In this document: positions 5,419 to 6,285 of the stretch, one piece after another
How the letters are laid out: every line of letters starts with the position of its first letter
Position numbering within the stretch: position 1 is the first letter of the stretch
From: Zygnema circumcarinatum SAG 698-1b
Taxonomy: Eukaryota; Plantae; Zygnematophyceae
Reading direction: 5' to 3'
Assembly: GCA_037447605.1 (NCBI GenBank)
Contig: JBBHKD010000047.1
Coordinates: 1 to 6,285 of the forward strand
Length of the DNA: 6,285 bases
Translations under genes and position numbers: made by a program
The notes under the pieces: generated by a model
Databases searched by the model: none
Told to the model about the DNA's origin: nothing
The model's input: the letters and a program-made list of their open reading frames with translations, nothing else

Positions 5419-6285
5419 ATGGTGACCACACGCCGGGCCGGAGGGGACCCGGGGCCCTCGGGGCCGCCACCTCCACCTCCCGTTCCCCGGGACGAGGAGA
5501 TGGAGGAGAACTCGGAGACTACGCCCGTCCCTATGGAGGGGCCGAGTCCCGAGCCCACGGGTGATCAAGGTCACCCGGAGACCACCGCCCCTCTCCCCAC
5601 CCAACCGGAGCCCGTGGCTCCGGTAGAAGCCTCAACTGGGCCCTACCCCATGATCGGGGCCCACAGCATCACTACGTGGTATGACCCGAAGATGAGCAGT
5701 TAGGGACTGGGAAAGGCGTGTGAGGGAGCAGGCGAATGGGTGAAACAACGAGAAGGTGGGCGACATGGAGCTCCGCGGTCAGCCGTCACGTGGACTGCAT
5801 TCAAATAGATTCGGGCCTTCCGGACGAGGTTCGAAGGATCGAGGAAGGTATGCGAACCCCCTCGGTACATGGCGGTGGATCGCGGCAGGTCACAGGGGAA
5901 GGGTTAGGCAAGCACTCGGTAGCGTCGATGCGTCGGCGCCCCAACCCGACTGGGAAGCGGCCGATCGGACCCCTGGTTTTTCCCGCGGGGGAAGCCCTCC
6001 CATGGGGGTGGCGAACCACCCAGCAGTGGGGGACCCCCGTCGGGGGCAGCTGCTGGGGGCGGAGGAGATCCCAGTCCTCGGACTGCTCCTCCGCAACCTA
6101 CTGAGGATGCCCGACGGAATCGGGCCAAAGTGGCCCCTCTTTCCTTTTGGGGCGACCATCCTACCACGGACTGCTCGATTGAGCAGTGGTTGGGTCAAAC
6201 GAAGGGCTACCTTCTGGCGACCAACTGTCCCCCCCTCCAGTGGGTAAGCTTTGCTTACCCAGCACTCGAAGAGAGCCGCATACAC
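5419..6285 (+). pseudogene. gag: Gag of E2: Pro/Gly-rich N-terminus, disrupted middle, capsid domain starting ~6124
   Basis: ATG at 5419 gives MVTTRRAGGDPGPSGPPPP. An ATG-less open frame at 5923-6285, absent from the ORF track, encodes AKVAPLSFWGDHPTTDCSIEQWLGQTKGYLLATNCPPLQWVSFA. This matches the gypsy capsid pattern PxxFxG...WL...Y......WVxxA. Stops or frameshifts lie between 5701 and 5922. Confidence 0.8.

Larger units (their letters stand above)
4689..6285 (+). mobile_element. Ty3/gypsy-like LTR retrotransposon E2 (5' LTR, PBS, gag; continues beyond window)
   Basis: TGTAGCG...CGTTACA LTR, PBS-like motif, MVTTRR-type Gag start and a gypsy capsid motif at the window end. Confidence 0.85.

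Noticed and set aside
5785-5835. VTWTAFK*IRAFRTRF as the gypsy WxxFKxxFxxRF capsid motif
   Set aside because: It lies upstream of the capsid start at ~6124 (wrong order) and is not in the frame conserved with E1.
5350-6285. Four in-frame stops (5701, 5806, 5905, 5920) are all TAG, suggesting stop-codon reassignment or read-through
   Set aside because: Comparison with E1 indicates a different frame is the coding one around 5740-5860, so these stops are probably out of frame. The other gags contain TGA and TAA stops.
1-6285. CRISPR array, tRNA/rRNA genes, reverse transcriptase/integrase/protease coding sequence, prokaryotic operon
   Set aside because: No regularly spaced repeats with unique spacers, no cloverleaf or rRNA motifs, no recognisable pol motifs and no long intact ORFs were found.

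Overview
No intact gene, RNA gene or CRISPR array is visible. The window is a eukaryotic (probably plant or algal; inferred) nest of four decayed LTR retrotransposon pieces. (1) 1-1248 (-): Ty3/gypsy-like element E1, with 5' LTR 545-1248 and a gag remnant, inserted into the gag of element 2. (2) 1249-2889 (-): a Ty1/copia element with 5' LTR 1839-2889, an unusual PBS and a frameshifted gag at 1249-1827. A (TG)11 tract and a 10-N scaffold gap follow. (3) 3010-4688 (-): a degenerate gypsy-type gag region, cut at 4688 by element 4. (4) 4689-6285 (+): Ty3/gypsy-like element E2, with 5' LTR 4689-5367 and gag from 5419, a diverged relative of E1 in the opposite orientation. The most notable signals are four. 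The copia PBS fits the anticodon arm of initiator tRNA-Met, and its ATG is the Gag start codon. The otherwise diverged E1/E2 LTRs share 46 identical terminal nt beginning with a perfect hairpin. They also share a conserved internal stem-loop, and both abut the same pentamer CCATC. All alignments and translations were done by eye; no database search was run.
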